Under the pieces are notes generated by a model. That model saw nothing but the letters and a program-made list of their open reading frames with translations, did no database searches and was not told the origin of the DNA. The translations under genes were made by a program, and so were the position numbers. From an uncultured Bdellovibrionales bacterium (GTDB lineage Bacteria > Bdellovibrionota_C > UBA2361 > SZUA-149), in assembly GCA_965366815.1 (NCBI GenBank), contig CBDUGV010000004.1:1-58523 (forward strand): a stretch of 58,523 bases of DNA, given 5' to 3'. How positions within the stretch are numbered: the stretch's first letter is position 1; each line of letters begins with the position of its first letter. Shown here one piece after another: positions 1 to 9,833 of the stretch.

Positions 1-321
1 CATTTATTGCCATTCTTTGGCGTCTGTCATGTAGGGTATATTCCAAATGGTAGAATCATTGGCGCCTCGAAAATCCCCCGTATTGTTGATGCCTTTGCCC
101 GTAGACTCCAAGTCCAAGAGAACCTCACACGCGAGATAGCTGAGACTATTGCCGAGCACACCAACGCGAAAGGTGTCTCTGTCGTAATCGAAGCACGGCA
201 TTTTTGCATGATGATGCGCGGAGTCGAGAAGCAAAACTCTGTGATGAAAACCTCCTGTTCGCTCGGAGTTCTCAAAGAAGATCCGGTTCAACGCTCAGAG
301 TTTTTAAGTCTACTTTCATAA
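1..321 (+). CDS. folE: GTP cyclohydrolase I, 5'-truncated by the window edge
   Basis: Frame is open from base 1 (HLLPFFG). Motifs [39 protein letters not shown]. Confidence 0.95.
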   Translation, partial: HLLPFFGVCHVGYIPNGRIIGASKIPRIVDAFARRLQVQENLTREIAETIAEHTNAKGVSVVIEARHFCMMMRGVEKQNSVMKTSCSLGVLKEDPVQRSEFLSLLS

Positions 322-334
322 CTTGGTACCCTGT

Positions 335-1600
335 ATGCGCTTAGCATATTTCAGCACGGATCATCTTCATAGACCCAGAAACGAAGTCATTTTCCAAGGC
401 CTCAAGCAAAACGGGCATGAGGTCACCACGTTTAATTTCAATGTCTGGAAGAACGTTAAAGACAAGGCTTTCGTACATTCCTTCTCCCACATGCTGCTTA
501 TCGCACTGCGCTATTGTCTCGCCTATCCCTACATCCTAGCCCGCTATGTCTTCTCCAAACGCCACGACGTCGTTGTGGTTCCCTATATGGGTTTCATCGA
601 TGTCTTGATTCTCTGGCCATTTGCTAAATTGCGGGGCGAAGCTATCGTCTGGGATGCTTTCATTTCGATCTACAACACAGTAGTTGAAGATCGAAAAATG
701 ATTGGCCCACGCCATCCACTGAGCTACCTCATCCATTGTGTTGAATTGCTCGCCACTCGAGCCGCGGACCTGATTGTGCTCGATACTCAGGCTCATGCTC
801 ACTACTTTCAAACTCGATATGGGCTAGACGAAGATAAAGTCATTTCTGTGCTTATTGGCACTAAGGCGCGATTTTTTGAAGGGGTAACAACTCCAAGCCG
901 CAAACCACCAGCTGAGCCCCTCACCGTGCTTTTCTTTGGAACATTTATTCCGCTCCATGGGCTTGAAACAATCTACCGGGCTGCGGCACTTACACCGGCC
1001 TCCGAGGTTCGCTGGGTTGTCATTGGAAAAGGCCAGGAAGAAAAACGTATTCAAGACCTATTTGGGAATCAAGATCTGCCGCAACTCGAACGCATTGAGT
1101 GGATAGAGCATGAAGAACTTATCGAATGGATAGATTCTAAAGCGGATATCTCTTTGGGAATCTTTGGAGATACCGACAAGGCCGGACGAGTCATTCCCAA
1201 CAAGGCCTACGAAATAATCGCCCGACGAAGACCATTTATTACCCGTGATTCTGAGGCTGCTCGCGAGTTGCTCAGCCCTGAGATGGATGGCGTATGGTTG
1301 GTCCCCCCGGCCGATCCGCAAGCGCTCAAAGACGCGGTGTATGCTGCGGCAAATGAACTGGATCGCCTCAAGGATCTCGAGTTATTTCCAGAGCTCGTAG
1401 AGCAGATTACCCCACACACTATTGCAGCTCAGCTACTGGAGCTGATGAAGAGCCGTCTAGGCATTGTTGAGAAGAGCGCATCAATACCGCGAGAAGAAAC
1501 ACCAAGCCATCGGCGGCAACCTGCGCTAGACGAGAAAGAGCCGCAGCACCCAGAGCCGGAGCTCTCCCGTAAACAGGCTCAAGTAAAAGAATCAGTATAG
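335..1600 (+). CDS. Glycosyltransferase family 4 (GT-B)
   Basis: VLFFGTFIPLHGLETI, DISLGIFG...RVIPNKAYE, PPADPQAL. ATG at 335 preferred (ORF track starts at 323). The charged tail overlaps the convergent gene. Confidence 0.85.
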   Translation: MRLAYFSTDHLHRPRNEVIFQGLKQNGHEVTTFNFNVWKNVKDKAFVHSFSHMLLIALRYCLAYPYILARYVFSKRHDVVVVPYMGFIDVLILWPFAKLRGEAIVWDAFISIYNTVVEDRKMIGPRHPLSYLIHCVELLATRAADLIVLDTQAHAHYFQTRYGLDEDKVISVLIGTKARFFEGVTTPSRKPPAEPLTVLFFGTFIPLHGLETIYRAAALTPASEVRWVVIGKGQEEKRIQDLFGNQDLPQLERIEWIEHEELIEWIDSKADISLGIFGDTDKAGRVIPNKAYEIIARRRPFITRDSEAARELLSPEMDGVWLVPPADPQALKDAVYAAANELDRLKDLELFPELVEQITPHTIAAQLLELMKSRLGIVEKSASIPREETPSHRRQPALDEKEPQHPEPELSRKQAQVKESV

Positions 1601-2405
1601 ACTCGCGCACTCCCATTCCGGCGGGAGCTCCTGGCACCAAAAAGCCGGCGACAAACGCTACCGCAAAAGATCCAATTATATACCCTTGTCCCGACGACGG
1701 ATGTCCAAAACCATATCGACACAAATAATCCAACGAAAGCCCCAACACAACAAACGTCAAAAGGCTCAGCAGTGAACAAAGGGTAATTACCTTCGCGCGG
1801 GGCAATAGCGCCAGGTGGTCTTTGTGAACGAGACGACCAAGCAGTGCGCAGCCGAGGTCAGTTCTTAAAAAAATCGGCATCGCCAGAAACGAAACTGCCA
1901 CAGCAATGAGAAGAATGACCTTCCAAAGCGGTGGCACGACACCTACGGTGGCATTTGCTGAACCGAGGAGCGCGAGTGCCGCTATGCAAGAAGAGCTCAA
2001 CACAAGAACAATTGCTTCAATGAAGAGAGTTACCACAACTCGTCTTGCAGCAACCCCTTCTTGTTTGGCAAGCCCGACTCGCCCGATTAAATGCGCGACA
2101 TTACCCGGTACGTATTTCCCCACTTGGGAAAGAAAGAAAATACGTATCACCCGCTTCGCCGCTAGCTTTTCCCCCAGATCTCTTAGGAGAAGGAGCCAAC
2201 CGAGGGCTCCAAAGACATTGGCAGTCACAAAAGCAAGCATCACTACGACGAAAGAAAGATAGAGCTGTGAATTCCACGCAATGGTGACACCAGCCTGGAG
2301 TTGCTGGTGGATCAGATAGGCAAAAAACACCAACGACAGGAGCGTCAATAGTCTTCCAGCCCACGTGAAACCCGACTTTGCTGCTTGAGTTGACATAGCC
2401 GTCAA
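1419..2405 (-). CDS. Lysylphosphatidylglycerol synthase TM / UPF0104 flippase-like membrane protein
   Basis: Multiple TM helices, SQVGKYVPG motif, PGAPAGMGVRE motif. Confidence 0.82.
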   Translation of the reverse strand: MTAMSTQAAKSGFTWAGRLLTLLSLVFFAYLIHQQLQAGVTIAWNSQLYLSFVVVMLAFVTANVFGALGWLLLLRDLGEKLAAKRVIRIFFLSQVGKYVPGNVAHLIGRVGLAKQEGVAARRVVVTLFIEAIVLVLSSSCIAALALLGSANATVGVVPPLWKVILLIAVAVSFLAMPIFLRTDLGCALLGRLVHKDHLALLPRAKVITLCSLLSLLTFVVLGLSLDYLCRYGFGHPSSGQGYIIGSFAVAFVAGFLVPGAPAGMGVRESILILLLEPVYGRAPALGAAALSRLAQVAADGLVFLLAVLMRSSQQCLDGSSSAPVAELQ

Positions 2406-2462
2406 GAATACTCACAATACCAACCTTCTGCAAACAGAACACCTCTTACACAACGGAGCTAA

Positions 2463-3296
2463 ATGAATCGTCATCCGCTATACGGATTAGTCGTGCCAGA
2501 GAAAAATTGGGTACCCGCCCCAAGGTTCCTGTTGCGTCGTGAACGTATTCTAAAAATGCTTCGCAAAATGCCGAAAGGTCGTGTCTTAGAGATCGGCTGT
2601 GGCGCTGGGACTCTGCTCGGTGATTTGAGCGAACTCGGATTTCAGTGCGATGCACTCGAAACGTCGCCACAGGCGCTCGAGCTTGCCAAGTACGTGCATA
2701 AAGACAATCCCGCTGTGTGCATTCATGATAAAGCGCAAGCCGACTGGAGTGCCGCCTTCGATTACGTTCTCGCCTTCGAAGTCTTAGAGCACGTAGAGGA
2801 AGATGTTGCTGCACTTTCCGAATGGCGAAATTGGGTAAAACCTGGCGGAACAGTGCTCTTGTCAGTGCCGGCCCATCAACGCCGATTTAATGCGGTCGAT
2901 GTCTGGGCGGGTCATTTCAGACGATACGATAAGCGTGATCTCTTGAGACTCGTCGAAGAAGCCGGGTTCGAGAACCCCAACCTTGAATGTTATGGCTTTC
3001 CACTTGCAGATGTTATTGAGCGAACCAAAGCAGTAGCCTACCGCAAGAAAAGTAGTCAGAACCCTGACGGTGCCGAGCTAGCGCAAAACACCAGCCGAAG
3101 TGGCACTGAGCGAAATGTCGAAATGCAACTCTTTGGCTTTCAAGAAAGTTTTTTGGGCGTCTGCTGTATGCGCTTGAGTTTTTTACTACAGCGTCTGTTC
3201 CTGAAGACGAGCTTGGGAGGATGTTTTCTGATCCAGGCGCGCTGTCCTTATGACGAGCACCAACAACAACCGATTCGAACGCGGTCGGCTGCCTGA
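2463..3296 (+). CDS. Class I SAM-dependent methyltransferase
   Basis: VLEIGCGAG, FEVLEHVEED, VKPGG.VLLSVPA, GHFRRY. GGAG RBS upstream. Confidence 0.88.
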   Translation: MNRHPLYGLVVPEKNWVPAPRFLLRRERILKMLRKMPKGRVLEIGCGAGTLLGDLSELGFQCDALETSPQALELAKYVHKDNPAVCIHDKAQADWSAAFDYVLAFEVLEHVEEDVAALSEWRNWVKPGGTVLLSVPAHQRRFNAVDVWAGHFRRYDKRDLLRLVEEAGFENPNLECYGFPLADVIERTKAVAYRKKSSQNPDGAELAQNTSRSGTERNVEMQLFGFQESFLGVCCMRLSFLLQRLFLKTSLGGCFLIQARCPYDEHQQQPIRTRSAA

Positions 3297-3308
3297 ATCA
3301 AGGTTTAA

Positions 3309-5396
3309 ATGCTTCTAACCATCACAGTCCTCACCATCGCCCTCACTTTTCTTCTTTCACGGCGCTGGCTTTATGCTGAACTCGATATCGTCTCACAGTT
3401 CGTCCTTTCCCTCGGCTGTAGTGTGACCCTAGTCGTTGCTGGAGGCGCATTTGCCGCTACTCAGTATCGATTTAGTCAAAAGGCATTTATCTGCATGCTC
3501 GGCGCGTACTGCCTGGTGGCGTTGGCAGTTCTCCTCTGGAGTATGCTTAAGCAAAAGCAGCTCCAGCCGAGTCGTAAGATACAGGCGACTTCCTTGGCGA
3601 TGCTCGTTCTCGTTGGAATTTGCTACGTCCCTCCGTCGCAGATAGTGATTGGCGGACAAGATCCCTCCGCCTATGTCGCGGTAGCAAAGGCCCTGGCCTT
3701 CGATAGAAAAGCAACCGTCGATTCTTGGGCTCATCGCGCGCTGACCGACGTTGAACGGGAACAATTGCTCGGTATGTCCAAGGCGCCCGATCGGAGTAAT
3801 CAGATTTATAACGGAGTCTCCATAAAAAACGATGGACATGGCAAAATAGAACTCTACCTCGCAAGAGGACCAAGCTATCTCCTGGGCTATGCCTTTCTCT
3901 TCCAGCCAATGGAGCAGGCCTTTTATGCCAATTGCCTCTATTGTCTATTGAGTATCTATATCTTTTTTCTTTTTGCAAAAGAGGTGCTCAACATCCGTTG
4001 GGCTTGCTTTGCTACTCTTTTGCTAGCGCTCTCTCCCGCGGAACTTTGGTTCGGTCGAGCAACCTACTCAGAAGTACCATCGCAGTTTTTTATACTCTTT
4101 TCCTTGTATCACCTGGTCCTGCTTTCGAAACGAAGTGTGGAACGCGAACATGAAAGATCCCTCCTCTATCTTGTATCGATAGTCGCTGCCGCTGGCGCCA
4201 CCCTAATGAGAATCGACCAGGCGGTATTGTTATTTATGCTTATTTTCCTCGCCCCTTGGGCACGAGCAGGAGGAGTTTCTGGAACTATTCTATCTCAGGC
4301 ACTTGCTTTACTTTTGCTCGTCTTGCTTCGATTAGAGTTAGAAATAACCGCCTTTCGCTACACATTCGCTGTCGAGAAGGAAATTTTCTTTGCCAAGAGT
4401 CCTGTCACCTGGGGCGCGGGGATGGTTGCTGCTTCGCTCGTGCTGTACGGCAAAGGTATCCGCGCGAAACTCGAAGTGCTCTACGAATGGCTCAAATCCT
4501 ATTTCTTCTCGGAGCGTGGTATCGCGCTGATATCAGTAGCCTTCATTCTCTTTCTTGTATGGGGCTTGGTAATGAGAGACACCCTCTTTCCCAAGGAAGT
4601 ATTTGGCGCAGACATGAATCACAATTCCGGTGTGCGCTCAATGGATGAGACGATATTTGCTCGCATGGCCGTGTTGTGCGGACCGACGGTATTTGTCATG
4701 TCATTTTGGGGAATCCTGTTTTATCTCAAACGCGAAAAGCTTCAGCTGGCAACCTGCGTCTATGTAGGGCTGTGGGCTGCCTATGCCTGGGTGCTCTTCT
4801 TTGATCAGAGGAACTCCCCGATGCTCTACTGGGCGTCGCGAAGATACGTCCCGGTGCTGATACCATCGACTATTTTATTTGGCTGCTACTTTTTTACACA
4901 GCTACGAGTGTTTCGCGATGAAGCTACAAACCGCTTACTCGCTTGGTCAACAGCGGCTCTCTCGGTTATCCCTATGGTAGTTGCCGACCGCAGTATTCTT
5001 TGGCGGGGAGAGATGAATGGACTGATCCCAATGGTGCATCAGCTTGAAAGCGAGTTCGATAGATCCTCTACGGTATTCCTAACGGATTCGCGCGGGCGAC
5101 ATTATAACTTCATCTTTCGCTTCCTAGGGAACTTCCAAGTCCTACAAATCCCTGGCCTTCGTGAATACGAGGAACTTCATCAGAGAATGCTCCCCCCACT
5201 CGTGAGTCGCCTAAAAAACGAAGGGAAGACCGTAGTGCTGCTGGACGACAAGAACGTCAACCAAGCATTCGATAAAATGAGCTCGGAACCAACCAAAGAA
5301 ATTACGGCAAGCTACAGCCGACTCGGGGAGAACCTCGATCAGTTCCCGAGCACCCGCTGGCCACGAGTGCATCGCTGGCATTATCAGCGACAATGA
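3309..5396 (+). CDS. GT-C fold (ArnT/PMT-like) polytopic membrane glycosyltransferase
   Basis: More than 10 TM segments, an early large loop with DPSAY, LSPAELWFGRATYSE, RRYVPVLIP, soluble C-terminal domain. Confidence 0.65.
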   Translation: MLLTITVLTIALTFLLSRRWLYAELDIVSQFVLSLGCSVTLVVAGGAFAATQYRFSQKAFICMLGAYCLVALAVLLWSMLKQKQLQPSRKIQATSLAMLVLVGICYVPPSQIVIGGQDPSAYVAVAKALAFDRKATVDSWAHRALTDVEREQLLGMSKAPDRSNQIYNGVSIKNDGHGKIELYLARGPSYLLGYAFLFQPMEQAFYANCLYCLLSIYIFFLFAKEVLNIRWACFATLLLALSPAELWFGRATYSEVPSQFFILFSLYHLVLLSKRSVEREHERSLLYLVSIVAAAGATLMRIDQAVLLFMLIFLAPWARAGGVSGTILSQALALLLLVLLRLELEITAFRYTFAVEKEIFFAKSPVTWGAGMVAASLVLYGKGIRAKLEVLYEWLKSYFFSERGIALISVAFILFLVWGLVMRDTLFPKEVFGADMNHNSGVRSMDETIFARMAVLCGPTVFVMSFWGILFYLKREKLQLATCVYVGLWAAYAWVLFFDQRNSPMLYWASRRYVPVLIPSTILFGCYFFTQLRVFRDEATNRLLAWSTAALSVIPMVVADRSILWRGEMNGLIPMVHQLESEFDRSSTVFLTDSRGRHYNFIFRFLGNFQVLQIPGLREYEELHQRMLPPLVSRLKNEGKTVVLLDDKNVNQAFDKMSSEPTKEITASYSRLGENLDQFPSTRWPRVHRWHYQRQ

Positions 5397-5398
5397 AA

Positions 5399-5947
5399 CT
5401 AGGAAGGAACACGCAAGGTGCTGAGCTGTCTCGCAGCTTCAAAGCGTTGCACATACTTCGCAGCTTGCCCTGAAGTCTCTTCAACCGAAACCGAAACACT
5501 GAGGACGGCGGCTCCACCGTAGTCTTGGCAGAGTGCATCAATCATCTTGCCATAGACATACTGCGCGAGCAGCTCAGCTGTCGTATTCGAAATCGGAAGC
5601 ACAATTACATCTGTACGTGGAAAAACAAAACAGTCTGCATCCCGATACGTAAGCTTGAGAGTCTGCTCATCTTCTTCAAACTGCAAATCGGGGTGAGTGC
5701 CTTGCAGTAGAACTTTATGATCTAGCGAATCTCCAATTTTCCTGAGGATTGGCTTGATATCGCAGAAATCGATAAACAAGTCTCGTTGCTCTGTGAGTAG
5801 ACCATCAATCTCGACGCTGATGTAGTAATTGTGACCATGCAAAGCCTCGCGCTGACCAGGACCGAAGATCACAAAATGCGCTGCTGAAAAGTTAAGGTAT
5901 TCTTTGTGAACGCGAATGCCGTAGTATTCGGTTGGACGTGTTTCCAA
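5399..5947 (-). CDS. 6-pyruvoyltetrahydropterin synthase family protein, PTPS-III type (ExxHGH)
   Basis: FSAAHF, REALHGHNY, IDF, LDHKVL, NTTAELLA, VEETSGQAA. Glu replaces the catalytic Cys of QueD. Confidence 0.85.
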   Translation of the reverse strand: METRPTEYYGIRVHKEYLNFSAAHFVIFGPGQREALHGHNYYISVEIDGLLTEQRDLFIDFCDIKPILRKIGDSLDHKVLLQGTHPDLQFEEDEQTLKLTYRDADCFVFPRTDVIVLPISNTTAELLAQYVYGKMIDALCQDYGGAAVLSVSVSVEETSGQAAKYVQRFEAARQLSTLRVPS

Positions 5948-5962
5948 TGTCGTATTCCTCTC

Positions 5963-6349
5963 TTAAGAGCTGCCGTGAAGTATCTTCGCAAGGGCAATGC
6001 CCAACCAAACTGCTAACAGACCACAAATTAGTTGCAGAGCAATATTAAAGAACGCCTGCGAGAACCCTGCTTCATGGCGCAAGCGAATCGTGTCTAAACC
6101 AAAAGTAGAGAAAGTAGTTAAGCTACCAAGTCCACCCACCACGAAAAACAATCGAGACTGCACCGAAAGTTGCAACTGACTGCCGAATTCTCCAATCACA
6201 CCAATGGCAAAACAACCAACGACATTGACGACCAACGTTCCCCAGGGAAAGCCTGTAGCAAAAGGAAAGGCAGCAACAGTTGAAGCAATCCAATACCGCA
6301 GAAGCGCCCCAAAGAAACCACCAATTCCTACACACAATGCTTCGACCAC
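5963..6349 (-). CDS. crcB: Fluoride efflux channel CrcB/Fluc
   Basis: GGFFGALLRY, PWGTLVVNVVGCF, GGLGSLTTFSTF; 128 aa, 4 TM. Confidence 0.95.
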   Translation of the reverse strand: MVEALCVGIGGFFGALLRYWIASTVAAFPFATGFPWGTLVVNVVGCFAIGVIGEFGSQLQLSVQSRLFFVVGGLGSLTTFSTFGLDTIRLRHEAGFSQAFFNIALQLICGLLAVWLGIALAKILHGSS

Positions 6350-6476
6350 TTCTATCGTCTCAAATTTCTCAGACCAAAAAACTCTAGCAAAGTATAACTA
6401 CGATACCACTGAATGACAAAGTGCTAATTGGCCGGGAGGCATTGGGGGGACAGCAAGGTACTCAAGCTATAATAGC

Positions 6477-7952
6477 TTAGTCGATTGAATCGGCGCTTGC
6501 GCCGAGCAGCTCAAGGGCTCGTTTATAGTTGTCATTCAGCTCGGCAAAGGCCTCAGCTGTTCCACCATCAACGTCAGGATGAAGTTTTCGAGCCATAGTG
6601 CGATAGCGCTTCTTGACTTCGTCAGCAGAGGCACGCTCATCTAGACCGAAGTACAACTGTAGTGTCCCCAGCTCTGAGAACTGCACCGGGGTCAACGTTT
6701 GGGTCCCCAAAGGCTCATCAGCCTCAACAACGCTAAATCGGCGCCAGGCAAATATTGCCGCAGATAGCGAGCAAAGCACAACAAGTATCGCCATGATCGG
6801 AACCCAGGAGATCCCTGGAGAGGCCGCCCCCGACTTTACCGCCGGAAGTATCATCATCGCACGCTCGTAATCCTGTTTATCGGCTTTTCTCCGTTTTTTG
6901 CGAAGCTCATCCAAGGAGATCAGTCGACCCATCGCATTCATTAAGGTCGGGTCATCGAGGGCGAACGCTGAGAGCATTTCGCCAACCTCGTTATCACGCA
7001 CCTCTTCCCAATCTATCTCTGACTTGCCTCGCTCCACCTCACTAAGGATCGTATGCAAGGCGCGGTGCATCTCCGGAGTTCGAAAGTCATCGTAGGGAGT
7101 AGTTGCCAGGAGAGTCAGTCGCTCACGTGCCGGAATCGAAGTATCGGCAATTCGGGCTAACACCTGCTGAACCTGGACACGCTTAAGATAGATCTGCAAC
7201 GCCTCATCAAGCTGAGCAATATGCGCCGCAGAACAAAGCGACGAACTTGTATCAAATCCGGCTTCACTGCAACTTACCAGCAATTTTCGAAGATCTTCAA
7301 TATCAGCTGCCCAAGTGCTACCAAGCATCCGCAGCTTGTCCTCAACGCTTTTCAATGCAAGTTGATCACCAACAAGATTGGTAACGGATAGTCGATCGAC
7401 TAAATCGGAAAGATCCTTATCTGGACTTTGAACAGCAATAACAGCACGGAGCCCCATACTGTCGTTGTTATTCTCCGGGCCTAATATATCCCATAGGGCG
7501 TTTAGAATCTCAGGATTGCCCCAACCTTCATTTATCAACTCTTCAATCGTCTCTGGATACAAACGACTAAATCTACTGACATTGAACAGGAACTCATCTT
7601 GTCCTTTCTCATCGCGCATCAACAACCAGAAAAGCTGTCGAGCCCGGCGGTACTCAATTTTATTTTTTATGAGATAGGCGACTATCTCGGAATGGGTGGG
7701 ATACATCGATCGAGTCAGACCTGCTTGCGAGATGAGGTAATCAACTATCTCAGAACAAGCAACTCGCATCGGCTCACCGCCATGCAGTACTTGGCAATCG
7801 GTCTCGTTGACCTGCACACAGCCCGGACAAAAGAAACTGAGTCCGTTGACCCGGATAAGTCGCGGTTCGGCCAAGACCTCAGACAAGCAAAGCACAATCC
7901 CCGCCAGAATGAGCAGAAGACCGATTGCTCTATGTGTAAATTTTGTTTCCAC
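6477..7952 (-). CDS. Membrane-anchored protein with a C-terminal J domain
   Basis: N-terminal signal/TM, ~350 aa helical region, second TM (WVPIMAILVVLCSLSAAIFAW), then VKKRYRTMARKLHPDVDGG...F..LN..Y..AL. Confidence 0.75.
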   Translation of the reverse strand: METKFTHRAIGLLLILAGIVLCLSEVLAEPRLIRVNGLSFFCPGCVQVNETDCQVLHGGEPMRVACSEIVDYLISQAGLTRSMYPTHSEIVAYLIKNKIEYRRARQLFWLLMRDEKGQDEFLFNVSRFSRLYPETIEELINEGWGNPEILNALWDILGPENNNDSMGLRAVIAVQSPDKDLSDLVDRLSVTNLVGDQLALKSVEDKLRMLGSTWAADIEDLRKLLVSCSEAGFDTSSSLCSAAHIAQLDEALQIYLKRVQVQQVLARIADTSIPARERLTLLATTPYDDFRTPEMHRALHTILSEVERGKSEIDWEEVRDNEVGEMLSAFALDDPTLMNAMGRLISLDELRKKRRKADKQDYERAMMILPAVKSGAASPGISWVPIMAILVVLCSLSAAIFAWRRFSVVEADEPLGTQTLTPVQFSELGTLQLYFGLDERASADEVKKRYRTMARKLHPDVDGGTAEAFAELNDNYKRALELLGASADSID

Positions 7953-8006
7953 TCACCCTACTACTCTACGAATCTGCTCGAGCCCAAAAACATAGCAGTT
8001 TCCTTG

Positions 8007-9833
8007 CTATTCTGGGACATATTCTAGTTTTGGTCTATTTTTGCCAGTATGTAGCACTTTTTTCACCGCTAATATCAGTGCATTAGGGGAAAAAGGCTTC
8101 TGCACGAACACTATCCGGTCATTATCAGTAGAAAACGGTATCGGATGGCTGGCTCCTGTCACTAGAACTACCGGAATCTTCCGACTGTATCGGCTTAACA
8201 ACTCCCAACAGCTCCTATCATTGAAATAGAGATCGCTCACAATGAGCCCTGGGGACTCCTCCCGCTCAACTGCACGTCGGAGGTCTCCGATACTTTTCGC
8301 CCGTCTCAATTGCCCTACAGACCCGTGTAAGCTTCGCTCAAGCACCCGCAACCCGATAACATCATCGTCCGCGATAAGAACTGAGGTTTGAGCCAGCACT
8401 TCATCACTCTCACATCTCTTCTCTCGTTCAACTCGACGAAGCAATAGGCTAAAGATTGATCCTCCACCGATCTTTGGTTCATACCTAACGGAACCTTGAT
8501 TTAACTCGGCCAACACCCGACAGATGCGCAAACCGAGTCCGGTCCCCTCTACCCGATTATCTGTACTGGTGGTTCTGGACTCAAAGAAAATTGAGCTACG
8601 TAGCGGCAAAGGAACTCCGGCTCCCGTATCGATCACTTTAAAACGCACATGGCCACGGGTAGCGATAACTTGAACGCAAATCTCACCGCTTTGCGTATGC
8701 TTGACTGCATTCGAGACAAAATTGTGAATTATTCGCCTAAAGTGCTCGGGGTCGACTCTTACAGTTTCTTCGAGATCGGTCTCACAAACAAAATGGTTCC
8801 CGCTTTGCTCGACTAGCTCGTTAACATCCAGTCGTATCAATCCTATGAGATTCTGTATCCCAACATTCTGTAGGTGCGCCTTCATGAATCCATTCTCGGC
8901 ACCAGAAACTGCGAGCACCTTGTCTATCAATTGTAATTGCTGCCCAATAGCCTCTTGTGCTGTCACGAGTAGTTGCCTTTGCCGAAACGATTGCGCTCCT
9001 AGCTCCTCTCCCAACTCTGAAATAGAGTATAATGCGCGAATACTGGGAGTGCGCAAATCATGCGAAAGTCCAAGTAAATACTCGCGTTCGGCATTATTCA
9101 TGATCTGACACTGCTCGATCGCCCCCGATATGGTGAAAGCAGCCGAAGCCTGCTCTGCGACGAATTGAAGAAACGCTCGACGTTTCTGAGATAGTCCTCC
9201 TGACATTCTGTGAAAACCGAGATAGATGGCACCGAGCAATACGTCACCGTCATGGAGGGGAACCAAAGTCGAGGTGCCTACATCGAAAAGCTTGAAGTCC
9301 ATATGCACAGGTTCCATTGGAAGAAACTGTCGTCCAGACGTCGACCCGCCACTCAGTGAACCGGCCAGACGACCAAAAGCAACAAACAGGCTTTCTTTAA
9401 TACGATGAACGGGAAGCCCCTTGCATGCCGCAATGGTAATGCGCTGCGAATGAACGTCTCTTACTAGTATCGCAAGACCACGAAGATTTGGCTGCAGTCC
9501 CTCGTAGAGTAGCTCAGCGAGAGTTTCCGCCGATTGTTTCTGACTCCCACCGCGCTTTGCAATACTCTTCGACAGCTGCACGCTCATAATTGCCTGGGGA
9601 TCTTGTATTTCAGAACAGTGGCAAGACGCCGGGGGTATTGATGAAGCATTCTCGACTCCATTGAGAAAGTCGAGTTGCACTTCGCGGCACCGAACCTCTC
9701 GCCTCTCCTTGAGAAGCCAACTCAAGAGGGGTAGCACCGCGGCAACGCTCAGCAAGACTAGTAGTTCGAATCCCACGACAAGAAAATCACCTCGGAAACG
9801 CCGTTGCTCGTTCGCGCCAACGTCACATTCCAC
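8007..9833 (-). CDS. Hybrid sensor histidine kinase (TM-GAF-HisKA-HATPase-REC)
   Basis: H box SHDLRTP, N box NFVSNAVKHT, G1 DTGAGVP, G2 GTGLGL, receiver VLIADDD/IVSDL/QKPF. A likelier start is GTG 9776 (GAGGTGA RBS). Confidence 0.88.
   Translation of the reverse strand: MECDVGANEQRRFRGDFLVVGFELLVLLSVAAVLPLLSWLLKERREVRCREVQLDFLNGVENASSIPPASCHCSEIQDPQAIMSVQLSKSIAKRGGSQKQSAETLAELLYEGLQPNLRGLAILVRDVHSQRITIAACKGLPVHRIKESLFVAFGRLAGSLSGGSTSGRQFLPMEPVHMDFKLFDVGTSTLVPLHDGDVLLGAIYLGFHRMSGGLSQKRRAFLQFVAEQASAAFTISGAIEQCQIMNNAEREYLLGLSHDLRTPSIRALYSISELGEELGAQSFRQRQLLVTAQEAIGQQLQLIDKVLAVSGAENGFMKAHLQNVGIQNLIGLIRLDVNELVEQSGNHFVCETDLEETVRVDPEHFRRIIHNFVSNAVKHTQSGEICVQVIATRGHVRFKVIDTGAGVPLPLRSSIFFESRTTSTDNRVEGTGLGLRICRVLAELNQGSVRYEPKIGGGSIFSLLLRRVEREKRCESDEVLAQTSVLIADDDVIGLRVLERSLHGSVGQLRRAKSIGDLRRAVEREESPGLIVSDLYFNDRSCWELLSRYSRKIPVVLVTGASHPIPFSTDNDRIVFVQKPFSPNALILAVKKVLHTGKNRPKLEYVPE

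Noticed and set aside
5399-5947. queD / queuosine pathway call
   Set aside because: It lacks the catalytic Cys motif (has ExxHGH), and no queC/E/F gene is in the window.
6350-6476. Fluoride riboswitch or CIRCE element upstream of crcB
   Set aside because: No fluoride-riboswitch core on the minus strand. The aagtgctaa half-site has a poor partner at 7-nt rather than 9-nt spacing.
9755-9780. tRNA T-loop-like gttcgaatccc
   Set aside because: The flanking stem does not pair, there is no cloverleaf, and it lies in coding sequence.
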